64,000 nucleotides of DNA from NCBI GenBank assembly GCA_021613535.1, contig CP075493.1, forward strand, positions 15,252,001 to 15,316,000, in the 5' to 3' direction. The position numbers and the translations under genes are program-made. This DNA is from Adineta vaga (lineage: Eukaryota; Animalia; Rotifera). The notes below the pieces were generated by a model. That model saw only the letters and a program-made list of their open reading frames with translations, was not told the origin of the DNA and did not search any database. This document shows positions 47,945-60,779 of the stretch, one piece after another (the first letter of the stretch is position 1; each line of letters starts with the position of its first letter).

Positions 47945-49088
47945 ATGTTTGGTAGTACCACTATTCTTCTGTTTCTTTTCTTCTGGTTTACAGAAGCGAA
48001 CGTTCAGTATTCATCGGAGTTGCAAGAAGTGATTGGCTATTTGTCGAAACAATGTAAGTATAACTGATCAGTTGGAGATATTAATTTATTAAACGTTGTT
48101 GCATGATTAATTCTTAGCACGTAACTGTTATGATATACTTCCACCACCTGTATGCACTCATATGACTTCCATTCCGTTACATTCAAAATGTACAAAACCA
48201 CAATGGTCAGCTGAAGCTACGACAGTTGGGTTAGGATTGTCTCAGCCTATGGGCTTGTTTATCGACCAGTACGATATGATATACGTAACTGAACATGGTA
48301 ACCATAGTATTCAACATTTCATTCAAGGCTCAACAAAAGGAATCCTTGTAGCAGGTGGACTGGGACAGGGATCTGGTCCAACGCAATTAAACTACCCTTC
48401 ATCTGTATTTGTTGACAAAGTTGGCAACATCTTTGTGTTAGATACTAACAATTTCCGTGTACAAAAATTTAGTCCTGGTAACCCGACTGGTGCAACAGTT
48501 GTAGGTGGAAGAGGAGAGGGATCGGAATTATTTCAGTTTGGATATTCCTACGGACTTTTTGTTGATGATCAGAAACACATTTATGTATCAGACCGTGATA
48601 ACCATCGTGTGTTGAAATTTTTACGTGACTTTAAAAATGGAACAGCTATAATTTCTCCAGGTGAACTAAACCGACCGCATGATATTTATCTTGATCGGTG
48701 TAATACTCTGTATGTTGCTGATTTTGGGAACCATCGAATTCGGAAATATCCTAACAGTTATCAAGCAGCTGGCTCAACAATTATGGGCGTTGATAGACAA
48801 GCTGGTAGTGGTTCTCAGCAACTAAATAAGCCGTATTTTGTGACAGTCGATCGTTATGGCAATGTGTTTGTCACTGATCGATACAATCATCGTATACAAA
48901 GGCTAAGTATTCGAGATGGAACACTTCAAACTATAGCTGGTGTAACCGGAGTTGCTGGTAACAGTGCACAACATTTACAAAGTCCAGGTGGCATAGGATT
49001 GGATTCAAAAGGAAATCTCTATGTCAGTGATCAGGCAAATAATAGATTACAAAAATTTGCTTTCGTTACTGGTGATCTCTGGTGTTAA
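47945..49088 (+). CDS. Secreted NHL-repeat beta-propeller protein (exon 1 47945-48053, exon 2 48118-49088)
   Basis: The signal-peptide exon splices in frame. About 6 NHL repeats (LNYPSSVFVD..IFVLDTNNFRVQKF). Confidence 0.88.
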
Positions 49089-50218
49089 TTTTTCTTTTCA
49101 TGTAATGACGATAGGTAAAACGATTTTATCATGTGCCTCGTCAATAAAAACTTTTGATTAAAGAAACAGATTGCCATAATGACTATGTAAAGATTTTTAA
49201 GAGAAAGTCCATCACGTCATATCGAAGACTATCATGCTAGAAATTGAAACACTCGGCAAAATCGTGAGAGTGTAATCCGTATGAATTTAACAACAATTCT
49301 TTGTTTTAATTAATGAAAAATCAATACAACAAGATCACATCTTCGTAGAATAGACGAAGAAATTATTTTATAAAAGCTATATGGAAAGTCGATTACAAAA
49401 ATTGAATGAAGCATTCCATCAATCATCTAAATGTATAAAAAAAGTAATGAAGATTATTTCATTCTAATAAAATCATTCCACAGAGTTTTTATTCATTGTT
49501 TACGATAATTAGAATTCTTCAGTACACAATTTTTTTTACTAACAAGTGATAATACATCAAACTTTAATATCAAACAACAACGAAACAAAGACTTGAATTA
49601 ATTTTTGTTAAGTATATATAAAATTTGAAAAGAAATCGTAGTCAGAAATGAAGCTATCAATATCAAATTTTATGTTTTAGTTCTGTATTTCATTGTAAAG
49701 ATTGTGGTTATAATTGAATCGATTAAGATTGGAAATTCCTGTTAAAATTAAATTTCATATATATTATACTGAACATACGTCAATTCAAGTTTTCATTTTA
49801 TTGTTAATAATTTTTTTCTGAACAATATTTTTTTTTTGTCGACAGCGTAGAATCAAATACCGATATATTATTCACATATTTGTTTTTCTCACAATCTATT
49901 TCAATCTTGTTTATCTAATCATTTTCTACAATGAATATTCTTAAAGAAAGTAATCAAATGAATAGATGTCCGAAAACAATTAATTTTTGATTCTATTACC
50001 GATCTATTTATTACATTCTCTATTACCGAGAGCAATAAAATCAGTGTCAACGGGTTTTTCTCAAAAGAAGTGAACTTGTTTTTACAAATTAGGATGCATT
50101 TGATGGACAAATACAATGTTTGGTTATTAAAAATAATTATTATCAGTGAAGTGAAAGGTAAAACGATAGGAAATTGTATTTTATTCTTCTTAGATTTTTT
50201 CAATTTTAAATATCACAT

Positions 50219-53200
50219 TTGTTAGGTATATCATACAATCAACCAAAATTATGTCCTAATGCATTTTGGAATTCGAATGCTACTACTTTTGCTACTAAGA
50301 ACACCGTTGGCTTACTTCCATATTCCCTTTTTGTCACTGCCAATGATATTGTGGTTACAGTCAATCGATATTACAATCGAACTCTTGCCTGGCTCAATGG
50401 AAGTAGCATTCCAACAATTATTCTTCCCACAATATTAATTGATAACTGGAGCATATTTGTGACAGATACCAATGATGTTTACATTGATTCCATGTATAAT
50501 AATTCCTCCTATGGAGTAGAGAAATGGATATTGAACGGAACACAATTGCCTTTCAATCTTACTCTTCCTGGACAATGTGGTGGTCTCTTTGTCGACATTA
50601 ATAGCACTCTCTATTGTTCTCTGTATTCTTCACATCAAATCATTAGCCAATCGTTCAATAATCTATCAAACAGTTTGACTATTGTCGCAGGTAATGGTAC
50701 TGCTGGTTCGTTGTCTATCCAACTGAACAAAGCTAGTAGAATATTCGTTACAATCAATTTTCAATTATATATATAGCTGATTGTAGTAACAATCGAATTC
50801 AATTATTTCAACTGGGTAATTTAACTGGAACAACAGTATCTGTCAATGTATCGATAGGGTCTAGTACACTTAAGTGTCCAGCAGCAGTCGTGATGGATGC
50901 GAATGGTTATCTCTTTATACTTGATAGTAATAATAATCGTATTGTTGGTTCAAGTGCGAATGGTTTCCGATGTATAGTAGGCTGTACGGCAGTAAGCGGT
51001 TCAGCAGCCCATCAGTTGAATTCACCGTGGTCTTTCAATTTTGACAGTTCCGGAAATCTTTTTTGTAACGGATTCGCAAAATAGTCGAATTCAGAAGTTT
51101 CTTTTTTGAGTTGATTGAGGAGCGAATAAAATACTTATCATTATGAATATATCGTCACAATTGTATACTCACTCAAAACTTAATTTGTTAAGATGAACCA
51201 ACAACAAGTCAATCAATACCATCAATAGCTCCGGTTAAATCGATACAGTTATAAACAACAACGACAACAACAACAATCACCACTACAGGACCAACAAATC
51301 ACATGTCAACATCAACACAATTACCAACATCGATACCAACTACAACCCCAGTTCAATTACAAGTATCAACTCGCGAATCATCCTCAACACAGCAACAATC
51401 ACTTCGAATGATAACATCAACATTCATAATAAGCCAAGGCAAGTATTTAATTAATTATGATCTGTGTTTGAATTTTATTTAATCTATCTTATATTAAAAG
51501 TGTTCATAATAATGTTCTTTTAGCGTGTTTTTCACCAAGAGTTACGCTTATTTCAAAAGCATCAACATTATTATTTCCAATTCAATAGCATTGAAGTCAA
51601 GATTTCTATATCGTTTCCACCATTGAAATCAATTGTACTACTTCATTGGCTATAAAAAATCAATGGATAATTAGAAATGGTTCTACTATTTGTTTGAATC
51701 AAATTGAATTAGATTCATCAATAAGGACAACGCATTCACTGAGTTATACATTCCAGCTCGAACTCTTCCATATGGATTATATGAAGTAAATTTAATTGTT
51801 ACTATGATTGATTATCCATCTTTAAAAACATCACAATCAGTTTATATTCGCATCATACCATCCAATCCAACAGCAAAATTGCTTCCACTAGGAACATCAA
51901 TGATCATAAAGGGATATGAACGAAATCTTACATTTGATCCAGGAACATATTCTATGAATTCTGATAACAACGTGTTTGCCACTAATGTAAGTATCATCCT
52001 TTCGAATTGATATATGTAAACTTATTTATGTTTCATAGGATTGGTCATATGAATATTATTGTCGACTATATCATTTCTATCAATTTCCAAATATAAATGG
52101 TTCATTATTAACCATTGAATCCATCATGTTTTTCAAATCAAACAGGATGGGAATATCATAATTCGATAAAATCATCATTAACAATTCATTCTCATTCCTT
52201 ACAATCCAATCGAACATATCAATTTATGGTTTCTTTAACAAATCGTCAAAATTCATCCGTTCAATCAATTGGTTTTATTCTTGTTAAAGTTGAAAATGTT
52301 CATTCTCCAATGATTATTGTCGGGTAACGAAAACAATTTTCTGATTAAATTTATTGAATTTTTAATTTCAGTTGTGTTATCTCGTCAATGTGTATTTCTA
52401 ATCAAGAATTTCAATTGATTAATCCAACAACACAAATTGCTCTGTTTTCCTATTGTATTGGAGATTGTCAGAATACTCAAAATATAACATGGAATATTTA
52501 TTATGGTAGAATGAATTCATCATCAAATGTAACTCAAGGGATTCTATTTAATAACACATTTTCTTGGTTTTTTGGAATCAATACAAAAAATTTGACATCA
52601 GCAAATCAATTATTTTTATCTAATCCTCAAATAAATCTTTGGAAATTTGAAGTTATTTACCAATTTCAAACAGAAATCAGTTCAAGTTCATTTCATTTTC
52701 TTATTCATCAACCTCCTAGGAATGGTTCATGTTCTATCAATCCTTTAAATGGTACACTAACAACTCTTTTTAATATTTCATGTTTAAATTGGTTTCATGA
52801 AGTTAAAATCATAGATTATTCTCTTTATAGTATGTTCACAATTATATATATATATGAAAAGTAAAATTCTTCGTTTTCGTTTTAGTCCGGGCAAATACTT
52901 CAACAGAACGAACTATTATTGCTTATTCATCAATATCATCCATTACAGTTCTACCAGATATAAATGCAATAAATACTTTCATGATTAATACTCAAAATTC
53001 ATCAAATTTATTTGTTCAATTACTTTCTAGTGATAATCAAAATATTGTTGGACAATTAATAACTTCACTTTCACAACAATTTAATCAAATAAATGAAAAT
53101 ATTCTCAAGATTGCTATTTCAAATAATGTTCCGATTACAAGTATTTCTATTACACCATTAAAAAGTCAAAGTTCATTGAAGGTAACCTTTGCTCATCTCC

Positions 53201-54561
53201 TATAAGGAAATATTGAAAATATTTAGAGTATGACAAGTTTGAATCAATCAGCATTGAATGAATATAACAAACAAGTGAATATTTATGCAAATATTCGTGA
53301 AAATCTAATCATATTCATAACAAAACTTGCAATAACTGTACCAAATAGTATTAAACTTCAAGCATCATCATTAGCACAACTAACACAAGCAACAAATTAC
53401 TTAACTCGAACAATTCTAGTAAGATTTTTGAGTAAATAATTACCTTTTTTTTGTATCCTATTGTTGTATAGACCATTGCATCGGATCGATGTTATAATTT
53501 AAGTCTCATTTTATATTCAATGCGAACCAATATTCCATTCGAAGATATTCAAGCTATCACCAATTTACTTATGCAATGTGCAACGAATATTTTAACAGTA
53601 AGAAATTCTCTGCTTTTTCTCATTAATAAATTTCTATATAGGCAGTAAATGGTCCATTACAACAACGAACCAGTGTTTTAAATGTTGATTATTTCCATGC
53701 GACAAAGTTACCTGATGATTATGATACAGATTTAGAATTCGATTGGTCAAATTTAAGTAAAAGATTATTTAATGATTATCTAAATAAACTTTTTTTATAG
53801 ATTTATTTTCTGATGGAAATGATTTTTCGTGGGAAATAATCGAAAAAAATCGAAATATTTATTATCAAAATCAAATGAATCAAATGATTTCATTATTAAC
53901 ATCATCATTAAATATTCATTTAAATTTTGAACAAAACTTTTCACATCGATACATCACAGATATTCATGTCATTAGAAACAAAATTAATTAAATCTCTTTC
54001 AAATAAACATTTTTAACATACTGAAAATACTTTAATTCAATTTCCTTCAGATTTTCATACAAATCTAATCAATCATTCGAAAATCTCCATTCGTATAAGT
54101 TTATCCTTGTAAAAAGAAAATCTATCTTTCGATTTTCGTTTTTTTCATAGTCTATCATAGAACCATCGGCTGTATTTGGAAATTCAAAAATGCAATTACA
54201 TATGAATCTTTCAAGATCAATTTCATTTACAATATATTAATATTACTATTATTCTACGAATTTCTGTACATTTTCAAATTCAACCCGACAATCAAAGTAT
54301 TTATACATATTTCATTGATAATCGAAAGACTATAGGTCATCAATCGATCATTTTTGGTTTACGTGAATTAAATGCATCAGAAATGATGAAATATTGTTCA
54401 AATATTTCTATTCAATCTCCACCAATTACAAATCAACAATCAAATTCTACATCAAATTATCAATTAAGAATGTATACAGCCGGTTGTTATTATTTTGATG
54501 AAAATAATCATCAATGGAAATCAGACGGATTAATAGTTGGTCCATTGACAAATTTAAAGTA
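50219..54561 (+). pseudogene. NHL + REJ + GPS paralog, pseudogene
   Basis: Colinear with 3272-7860. Frameshifts at about 50770 and 51065, a premature stop near 51590, and internal deletions; ends QWKSDGLIVGPLTNLK-stop. Confidence 0.8.
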
Positions 54562-54887
54562 ACAAATGAATATATGTATATTATCAAGAAAGAAAAGGAA
54601 AAGAAGCGTTAGTTTTCCGCTGTATTCTACTGTTTTAACGGAAGTAACATCATATCATTAAATTATTCTACTTCTCTTGTTCTAGCTAATGATACTCTTC
54701 TTATAGAAATAAGAACTTTTTCTTTTGAGACTTTTACCAAACAACCTTTATTTATTCTCTCTACTTCTATTCTTATTGAACACTCGAGCCCATTTACAAT
54801 CTATATTTATAAGAGAAACATTTTTTTTCATTTTATTCGTAAAAAAGAAAACTCCTAAACTCGACAGTAGTTTTGTTAGAATTTATC

Positions 54888-55997
54888 ATGTCAAATTCGA
54901 CTGATTACTTAGTTCAAGATTTTGATACGATTATATTTTGGATTAGTCAAATTATTTTAGTTCTTCAAATCATATTTGGAACATTTGGAAATATATTTAA
55001 CATTATTATATTCACTCGTCGTACTTTACGCGACAATCCGTGTTCAATGTATTTTTTATCTGCTTCGATTATCAATCTCCTAGAAATTTATATAGTTATA
55101 CTTTTCTACTATTTTTCAATTAGTTGGAATTGGATGCCAGCAAATACTAATATTGTTTGGTGTATAATAAGTAATTTTTTAACATATCCTATTATCGCTC
55201 TTGTTTTGTGGTTTATCGTTCTTTGTAGTTTCGATCGATTTCTTACGAGTTCACGTAATGCAAATACTCGAAGAATAAGCAGTTTATTACTTGCTCGTAA
55301 AATGATTCTAAGTACTACTCTATTCTTTTTTCTACTATTTGGACATCTATCAATCGTTCTCAGACCTATCACGATTGAGAATAAAACCTATTGTACTGTT
55401 CTATCGGATTCTTACATTATCTTTTATAATATATTGTTTGTTACAATTGGTAATGTGTTACCAATTATATTAATGACTATTTTTGGTTTTCTAACAATTC
55501 TTAACGTTCGTAAGACTCGTAATAATGTTGCTCCACAAGGTAACATCATAAGAAATGAACGAATGCGTTCGAAAGATCATCAATTTATTCGAATGGTTTT
55601 ATTTCAAGTATTAATCACTGTTATAATTTCAATTCCATTTTGTTGTGTTAGTATGTACAATACATTCGCTCGAGTTCTAGTTCGACAAGAACTTTCATCA
55701 ACAGGAACAGCAATAATAAATTTCACAGCTGATTTTTTAGCAATGTTTTATTTTACTAATTCTCTTATTGGATTTTATATTTATACTCTCACTGGTCATA
55801 AATTTCGTGTTGAATTCAAACGTTGTATTAAATATGGATTAAACATTATTTTGTCAGAAAACTGTCTGATGCGTTGTCTGTCCTTGAAAATTGAACGAAC
55901 TCTATTTAATAATCCATTTCGAAATACATACAGACGAGGAAATAATGTTTGTCCTATCCAGCAACAACAACCAATGATCATCACAACTCCTGTTTAG
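54888..55997 (+). CDS. Orphan rhodopsin-like 7TM GPCR
   Basis: GTFGNIFNIIIF, NPCSMYFL, CSFDRFL and FYIYTLTGHKFR motifs; 7 TM. Confidence 0.88.
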   Translation: MSNSTDYLVQDFDTIIFWISQIILVLQIIFGTFGNIFNIIIFTRRTLRDNPCSMYFLSASIINLLEIYIVILFYYFSISWNWMPANTNIVWCIISNFLTYPIIALVLWFIVLCSFDRFLTSSRNANTRRISSLLLARKMILSTTLFFFLLFGHLSIVLRPITIENKTYCTVLSDSYIIFYNILFVTIGNVLPIILMTIFGFLTILNVRKTRNNVAPQGNIIRNERMRSKDHQFIRMVLFQVLITVIISIPFCCVSMYNTFARVLVRQELSSTGTAIINFTADFLAMFYFTNSLIGFYIYTLTGHKFRVEFKRCIKYGLNIILSENCLMRCLSLKIERTLFNNPFRNTYRRGNNVCPIQQQQPMIITTPV

Positions 55998-56561
55998 TAT
56001 TTGGCTGAATTGTGGGATTAACATCGGAGAGTGAAATGAGCCATAATATTCTACTGTCTTGCCTCAGCTTTTTCGAGCGCTAGAGAAATAAATACTGATG
56101 ATATCATGTTTATTAACTTTTGTTCCTCGTTAGGTTTATTAGCATCGCGGTTAAGAATATAAAAATGATACTCAGAGAGTTGTTATCAATCATTTTCTTG
56201 CGAGATATATCGTCTAATTAGGAGAAGAAATCAGAACACAGTTATCATTCATATGCATCTGAAGAGAAAATGAATTTAATTTCTGAAATAAATAATCAAA
56301 AGGATACACGAACAGAGTCATCCACAGAATCAAAGAACCAGAAGAAAAGGATAACAGTTATTTCGATAATTTTAACTTTCAAACAATATTTATTCGAATG
56401 TGATTGGAATTTGTATCTCATTCTCACCTCGCACCCTTTCAAAATAGTTCATCATTCAGATTACAATATCAACACACGTGTTCTCTTATCATATTTATAT
56501 CGTAGGTATAAGTTACTTTTTTAAAATTTTATCAACACCTTTCGTTTCTTTGTATACGACT

Positions 56562-58085
56562 ATGAAAAATTCGACAATACTATTTTTATTCATATTTTGT
56601 TTTACAAAATATGTGACTATTCAAGGACAAAATCCAATTGGTTTGAAAGTATCTGCTTCTTTTCGTGGTTTATTATTAGGGACTGAAGCTACTGTTGCTT
56701 ATCTACAACGTAATCCTGATCAAGGACAATATAATTCTCATATTATAAAAAATTATCAATTAATTGTACCTGGACTCGAATTAAAACCTGAACATATATG
56801 GCTTGGCGAAAATTTGTATAATTTTCGTGATTCAGATTGGCTTTTAGGTGCAACACCGAATACAACTGGATGGATACAACAAAATGGCATGCAATTACGT
56901 GGACATACATTAGTTTGGGCTTATGATCTGAGAATTCCTCGATGGTTATTAGATCTAGAGCCATTTATAACACCGGAGAAAGCGAAATCTTTATTACGTA
57001 ATTATATTCATACTGTTGTTGGTCGATATCGTGGAAAAATTCAATGGTGGGATGTAGTTAATGAATTAATATCAAGTTATAATAATACTCGTCCATTTAA
57101 TATAGCAGATTCATTTTGGTATCGAAAATTAGGTATTGACTTTGTTAAATATGCTTATATATTTGCTCATGAAGCTGATCCAGATGCAAAACTTTATTAT
57201 AATGATGATCGAATTCAAAAAGGAGGATTTCGAACTGATCGAGTACTTGATGTTATTGATTGGTTAAAATCAGAAAATGTTACTATTCATGGTATTGGAA
57301 TACAATGGCATATAAATATTTCAGAAGTTGTCACTCCAGGCGATGCACATTATCGAACTGCTCAACAAATTATTGATCGTAATCTTGATCTAATGGTAAC
57401 AGAACTTGATATAGCCATTCCAATGGTTGATCATCATCCTATTGATCCAAATGATATTCAAAAACAAGCTGTTCTCTATCGTTCTATTCTCGATTATGTG
57501 CTTCATTTTAATCCAAGAACTCCAGCATTACTTACATGGGGTTTCACAGATCGATACAGCTGGATTCCAGAATATTATAATTACACGGAAGGTTTTGCTT
57601 TACCATTAGATGCCAATTATCAACCTAAACCAGCATATTGGCAAATGCAAGAAGATTTAGCTCGTATTCTTTCAAATGGTGTTTATCGTCTTTCACCACG
57701 ATCACAACTAAACTCATGTCTTGGCCTGGCTGATAATAGTACAAGAAGTAAAGTACAACTTTATCAGGATACTTGTAATAATACAAATCAACAATGGAAT
57801 ATTACATGGCTTAATGATGGTACTTATCGATTTTCACCACATAGTGTTAATAATAGTGCTCTCAATAGTAATAATGTTACAGCATCGATAGGTACTGTCA
57901 CCACTTATGATTGGACAGGTAGTTTCGATCAAGAATGGGTTATTAGTCATCAAGAAAATGCTACATATCGTATTGGACCTCGTAATGCTTGGCAACGTGT
58001 ATTGGCTGTTGATCAAACATCAAATATTGTGATTATGAATTACACCAAAGATGAAGGACAATACTGGATTATTGCTAACAGTTAA
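56562..58085 (+). CDS. GH10 endo-1,4-beta-xylanase with C-terminal ricin-B/CBM13 domain
   Basis: Signal peptide; motifs LRGHTLVW, WDVVNE (acid/base), LYYND, VTELDI (nucleophile) and WGFTDRYSW; QxW repeats (NQQW, DQEW, GQYW). Confidence 0.93.
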   Translation: MKNSTILFLFIFCFTKYVTIQGQNPIGLKVSASFRGLLLGTEATVAYLQRNPDQGQYNSHIIKNYQLIVPGLELKPEHIWLGENLYNFRDSDWLLGATPNTTGWIQQNGMQLRGHTLVWAYDLRIPRWLLDLEPFITPEKAKSLLRNYIHTVVGRYRGKIQWWDVVNELISSYNNTRPFNIADSFWYRKLGIDFVKYAYIFAHEADPDAKLYYNDDRIQKGGFRTDRVLDVIDWLKSENVTIHGIGIQWHINISEVVTPGDAHYRTAQQIIDRNLDLMVTELDIAIPMVDHHPIDPNDIQKQAVLYRSILDYVLHFNPRTPALLTWGFTDRYSWIPEYYNYTEGFALPLDANYQPKPAYWQMQEDLARILSNGVYRLSPRSQLNSCLGLADNSTRSKVQLYQDTCNNTNQQWNITWLNDGTYRFSPHSVNNSALNSNNVTASIGTVTTYDWTGSFDQEWVISHQENATYRIGPRNAWQRVLAVDQTSNIVIMNYTKDEGQYWIIANS

Positions 58086-58095
58086 GGGTGAGGAT
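58082..58095 (+). repeat. G-rich arm of telomere-like element overlapping the xylanase stop
   Basis: TTAAGGGTGAGGAT. Confidence 0.55.
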
Positions 58096-58613
58096 TAAGT
58101 TCATATTCACAATAAATTTCGACAAAGTGAACGTTATTACTTTTATCAATACATTTTTTAACTAGTAATGATTGAAAAAGATATTTTCATATCACAAGAA
58201 AGAAAGATAGTATGCTTACATGTATATTTGATTACCCAGTAAATTTATCCTCATATTACTTCTTTTCTAATTTCATCTAAATAGAATTTTACAAAAATAA
58301 AGCTAAATCTTGGATCATTGCTTATGTAAAGTTATTCGATTATCTTGTTCTTGATACAAAAATAGTTAACAGTTTTTGGTGCTCTGTAAAATTTGATCCT
58401 TTTAACAGTAAATGGATAGATTCTCACTGTTACCAAACACTAGTTGGCATTTTGAACAAGGAATTAGCAAAGAAAGAAGATAACATCGGGAAATTCATCG
58501 GAAATATAAAAAATTGGACATGAACGATGGAACATTGGTCATTAAAACAAATAATGATGAACAAATCAAATTAGTACTCGTGAAATGATAATGTTCGAAC
58601 TGGTTGCAAAAAC

Positions 58614-58668
58614 CATCTTGAGGGTGTGGGTGCAAATGAGATTATAGAATCTACATCGACACCGTCAA
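58614..58668. repeat. Telomere-like head-to-head palindrome
   Basis: CATCTTGAGGGTGTGGGTG...ACATCGACACCGTCAA. Confidence 0.85.
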
Positions 58669-59481
58669 ATAGAACTAAACATATTTTATTGAATAAACGA
58701 ATTTGAAATATATTCATTCTTATCTTTTCTAATATTCACAATCAGTCGAATATTCTTGTTTGTGAAAGACAGATGATAGGAATATATTAGGTTATAGAAA
58801 GTTGTCTTGAATACATTTACTTTTTTTACCATACCACTTGACTTAATCTGACGTCAAATTGATTTAAATTAGCTTCTCAAAGTTCAAAAGTAACTTGTTA
58901 GAAAATTCTAATAAAGCCTATTTCAAATAAGAAAGAAGAAAGTCATGATAAAAATTTAATTAAAAATCTAATCTTGTTTCTTATATAGTCTGAAAATATG
59001 AAGAGAAAATTTTGTGCTGTCAATTTCATACAGAACAGAAAATGAGATCACTGCACGAAAGGTTAAACAGTTTTCAATATTATCGTTTACAAGTGACGTC
59101 AGTAGATAAATTATAAGCTGTGATAATAGCATTAACATACAAACTAAATGTGCATCATAGCAAGATCTCGATGACCTCGCAGCACAAAGATGTTTCATGA
59201 GTGAATTATTGATACTGCAAAATTATAATGCTTATTTGAAAATTTCAGAATGATATTCAATTGAAGAGCTTGTCAGTTTATTATATATGATTATAACAAT
59301 CATTTTGCTTTCTATAGCGGATTAGCTGCAGTAATGAAAATCATGGTTCCTTTTCTTATTCATATTGGAAAAAATTCTGTTTTCGTTCTTAAGGGTTTCA
59401 AAATCAAATAATTTATTTTATGACACATATTAGAACTGAAGAACAACATCAAGAAATATTCGTTGACAACGCATAAAAAGT

Positions 59482-60435
59482 TTAGTTCATTGTTGATCGA
59501 GGTAAAATAACTCGTCGATTTCGTTGCCAAAAGAATAAATTGGATAGTTTTGTTTTTAAATTTGGCATTGCTATTAGAACACAAAATGGTACAATAATTG
59601 AAGGAACAAAAGTCAAATGTGTCAAAAATGGTGAATAAATACTACTTGCGAATGTTGGATAACCAGATGCTTGTATAATAGAAATAAGAATACTAGGTAA
59701 ATCAAAAATAATATAAGCACTTGATACTAATACAAGTTGTAATGTCATTTTTCGACAATGACGCCATGTCACAGCTTGTCTCATACGTCGTTTTTGTTTG
59801 ATAAATCGTAATAGAAGTGTAAGACTACAAATAGCAATCAAAAGAATTGGTATTGTATAATTTACATATGTATCATATGATTTTAACCAGTAAGGAACAT
59901 TGACATAGAGACAGATAGTACCACAACGGATTTTTACAGCAGCTAACGTTTGACCACAAGAATATATAAAAATCAAATAGAAAAAAAAGCATGGTGTATA
60001 TAAAGAAAAGAAGATTAATGGTAAATAATGAAAAACTAAACGTCGACGAAAGGTGGAAAGTAAATTTGAATGAAATACCAATATATGTCGTTCAAAAGAT
60101 GCCCAAAACATTAATGAAACAGCTCCATACCAGATTCCATGATCAACATATTGCCAAATAAGACAAAGTGCAGGAATAAATGGTGAAACATAATTAAGAC
60201 GAATATAATTTATTGTCATTGGTAAATCAATTGTAACAGTAAGAAAATTATAGAATAATAACATCAATATGACATGATTATGAAGATTTTTAATTGTATT
60301 TTTTTCACGAAGAATATGATAAAATACAAATAAATAACATGGAATAGATACGACTATACCGAATAGGAATAATGAAAATTGAATTTTAGGCCAAAATAAT
60401 GGAACATTTGATGTTGTTGGAAGAAAGTTTCCCAT
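59482..60435 (-). CDS. Orphan rhodopsin-like 7TM GPCR
   Basis: LHNHVI, WASFERHILVFH and WRHCRKMTLQL motifs; paralog of the 28228 and 38185 genes. Confidence 0.85.
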   Translation of the reverse strand: MGNFLPTTSNVPLFWPKIQFSLFLFGIVVSIPCYLFVFYHILREKNTIKNLHNHVILMLLFYNFLTVTIDLPMTINYIRLNYVSPFIPALCLIWQYVDHGIWYGAVSLMFWASFERHILVFHSNLLSTFRRRLVFHYLPLIFFSLYTPCFFFYLIFIYSCGQTLAAVKIRCGTICLYVNVPYWLKSYDTYVNYTIPILLIAICSLTLLLRFIKQKRRMRQAVTWRHCRKMTLQLVLVSSAYIIFDLPSILISIIQASGYPTFASSIYSPFLTHLTFVPSIIVPFCVLIAMPNLKTKLSNLFFWQRNRRVILPRSTMN

Positions 60436-60659
60436 TTTGCTTTTTGAAATGATTTGTCTTGTTTCTAGACGATGAGAGTGACGAAGAAAGACTTCAGAAA
60501 TGAAGAAAAAAATATCTTTTCAAAATGACTTGTCACTGTTAAAAATACTGTCTTAATATGAAAGTTTAATTAGAAAATGGCTACAAAAATAGGTTGTAAG
60601 AGAAATAGATAATGACATCTTTAAAAGTGATAATCTGAAATGTAATTATTTTTCTTGAA

Positions 60660-60688
60660 CATCTTGACGGTGAGGGTGGATGTGGGTA
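60660..60688 (+). repeat. G-rich arm of telomere-like element
   Basis: CATCTTGACGGTGAGGGTGGATGTGGGTA. Confidence 0.75.
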
Positions 60689-60779
60689 TTTGAAAAATAG
60701 TATGTCCTTTCTTCTCCTTTCTTATTCTATATTCTTAAAAAAAGGACAAATATCAATAAAAATGGTCACATTCTGTGTT

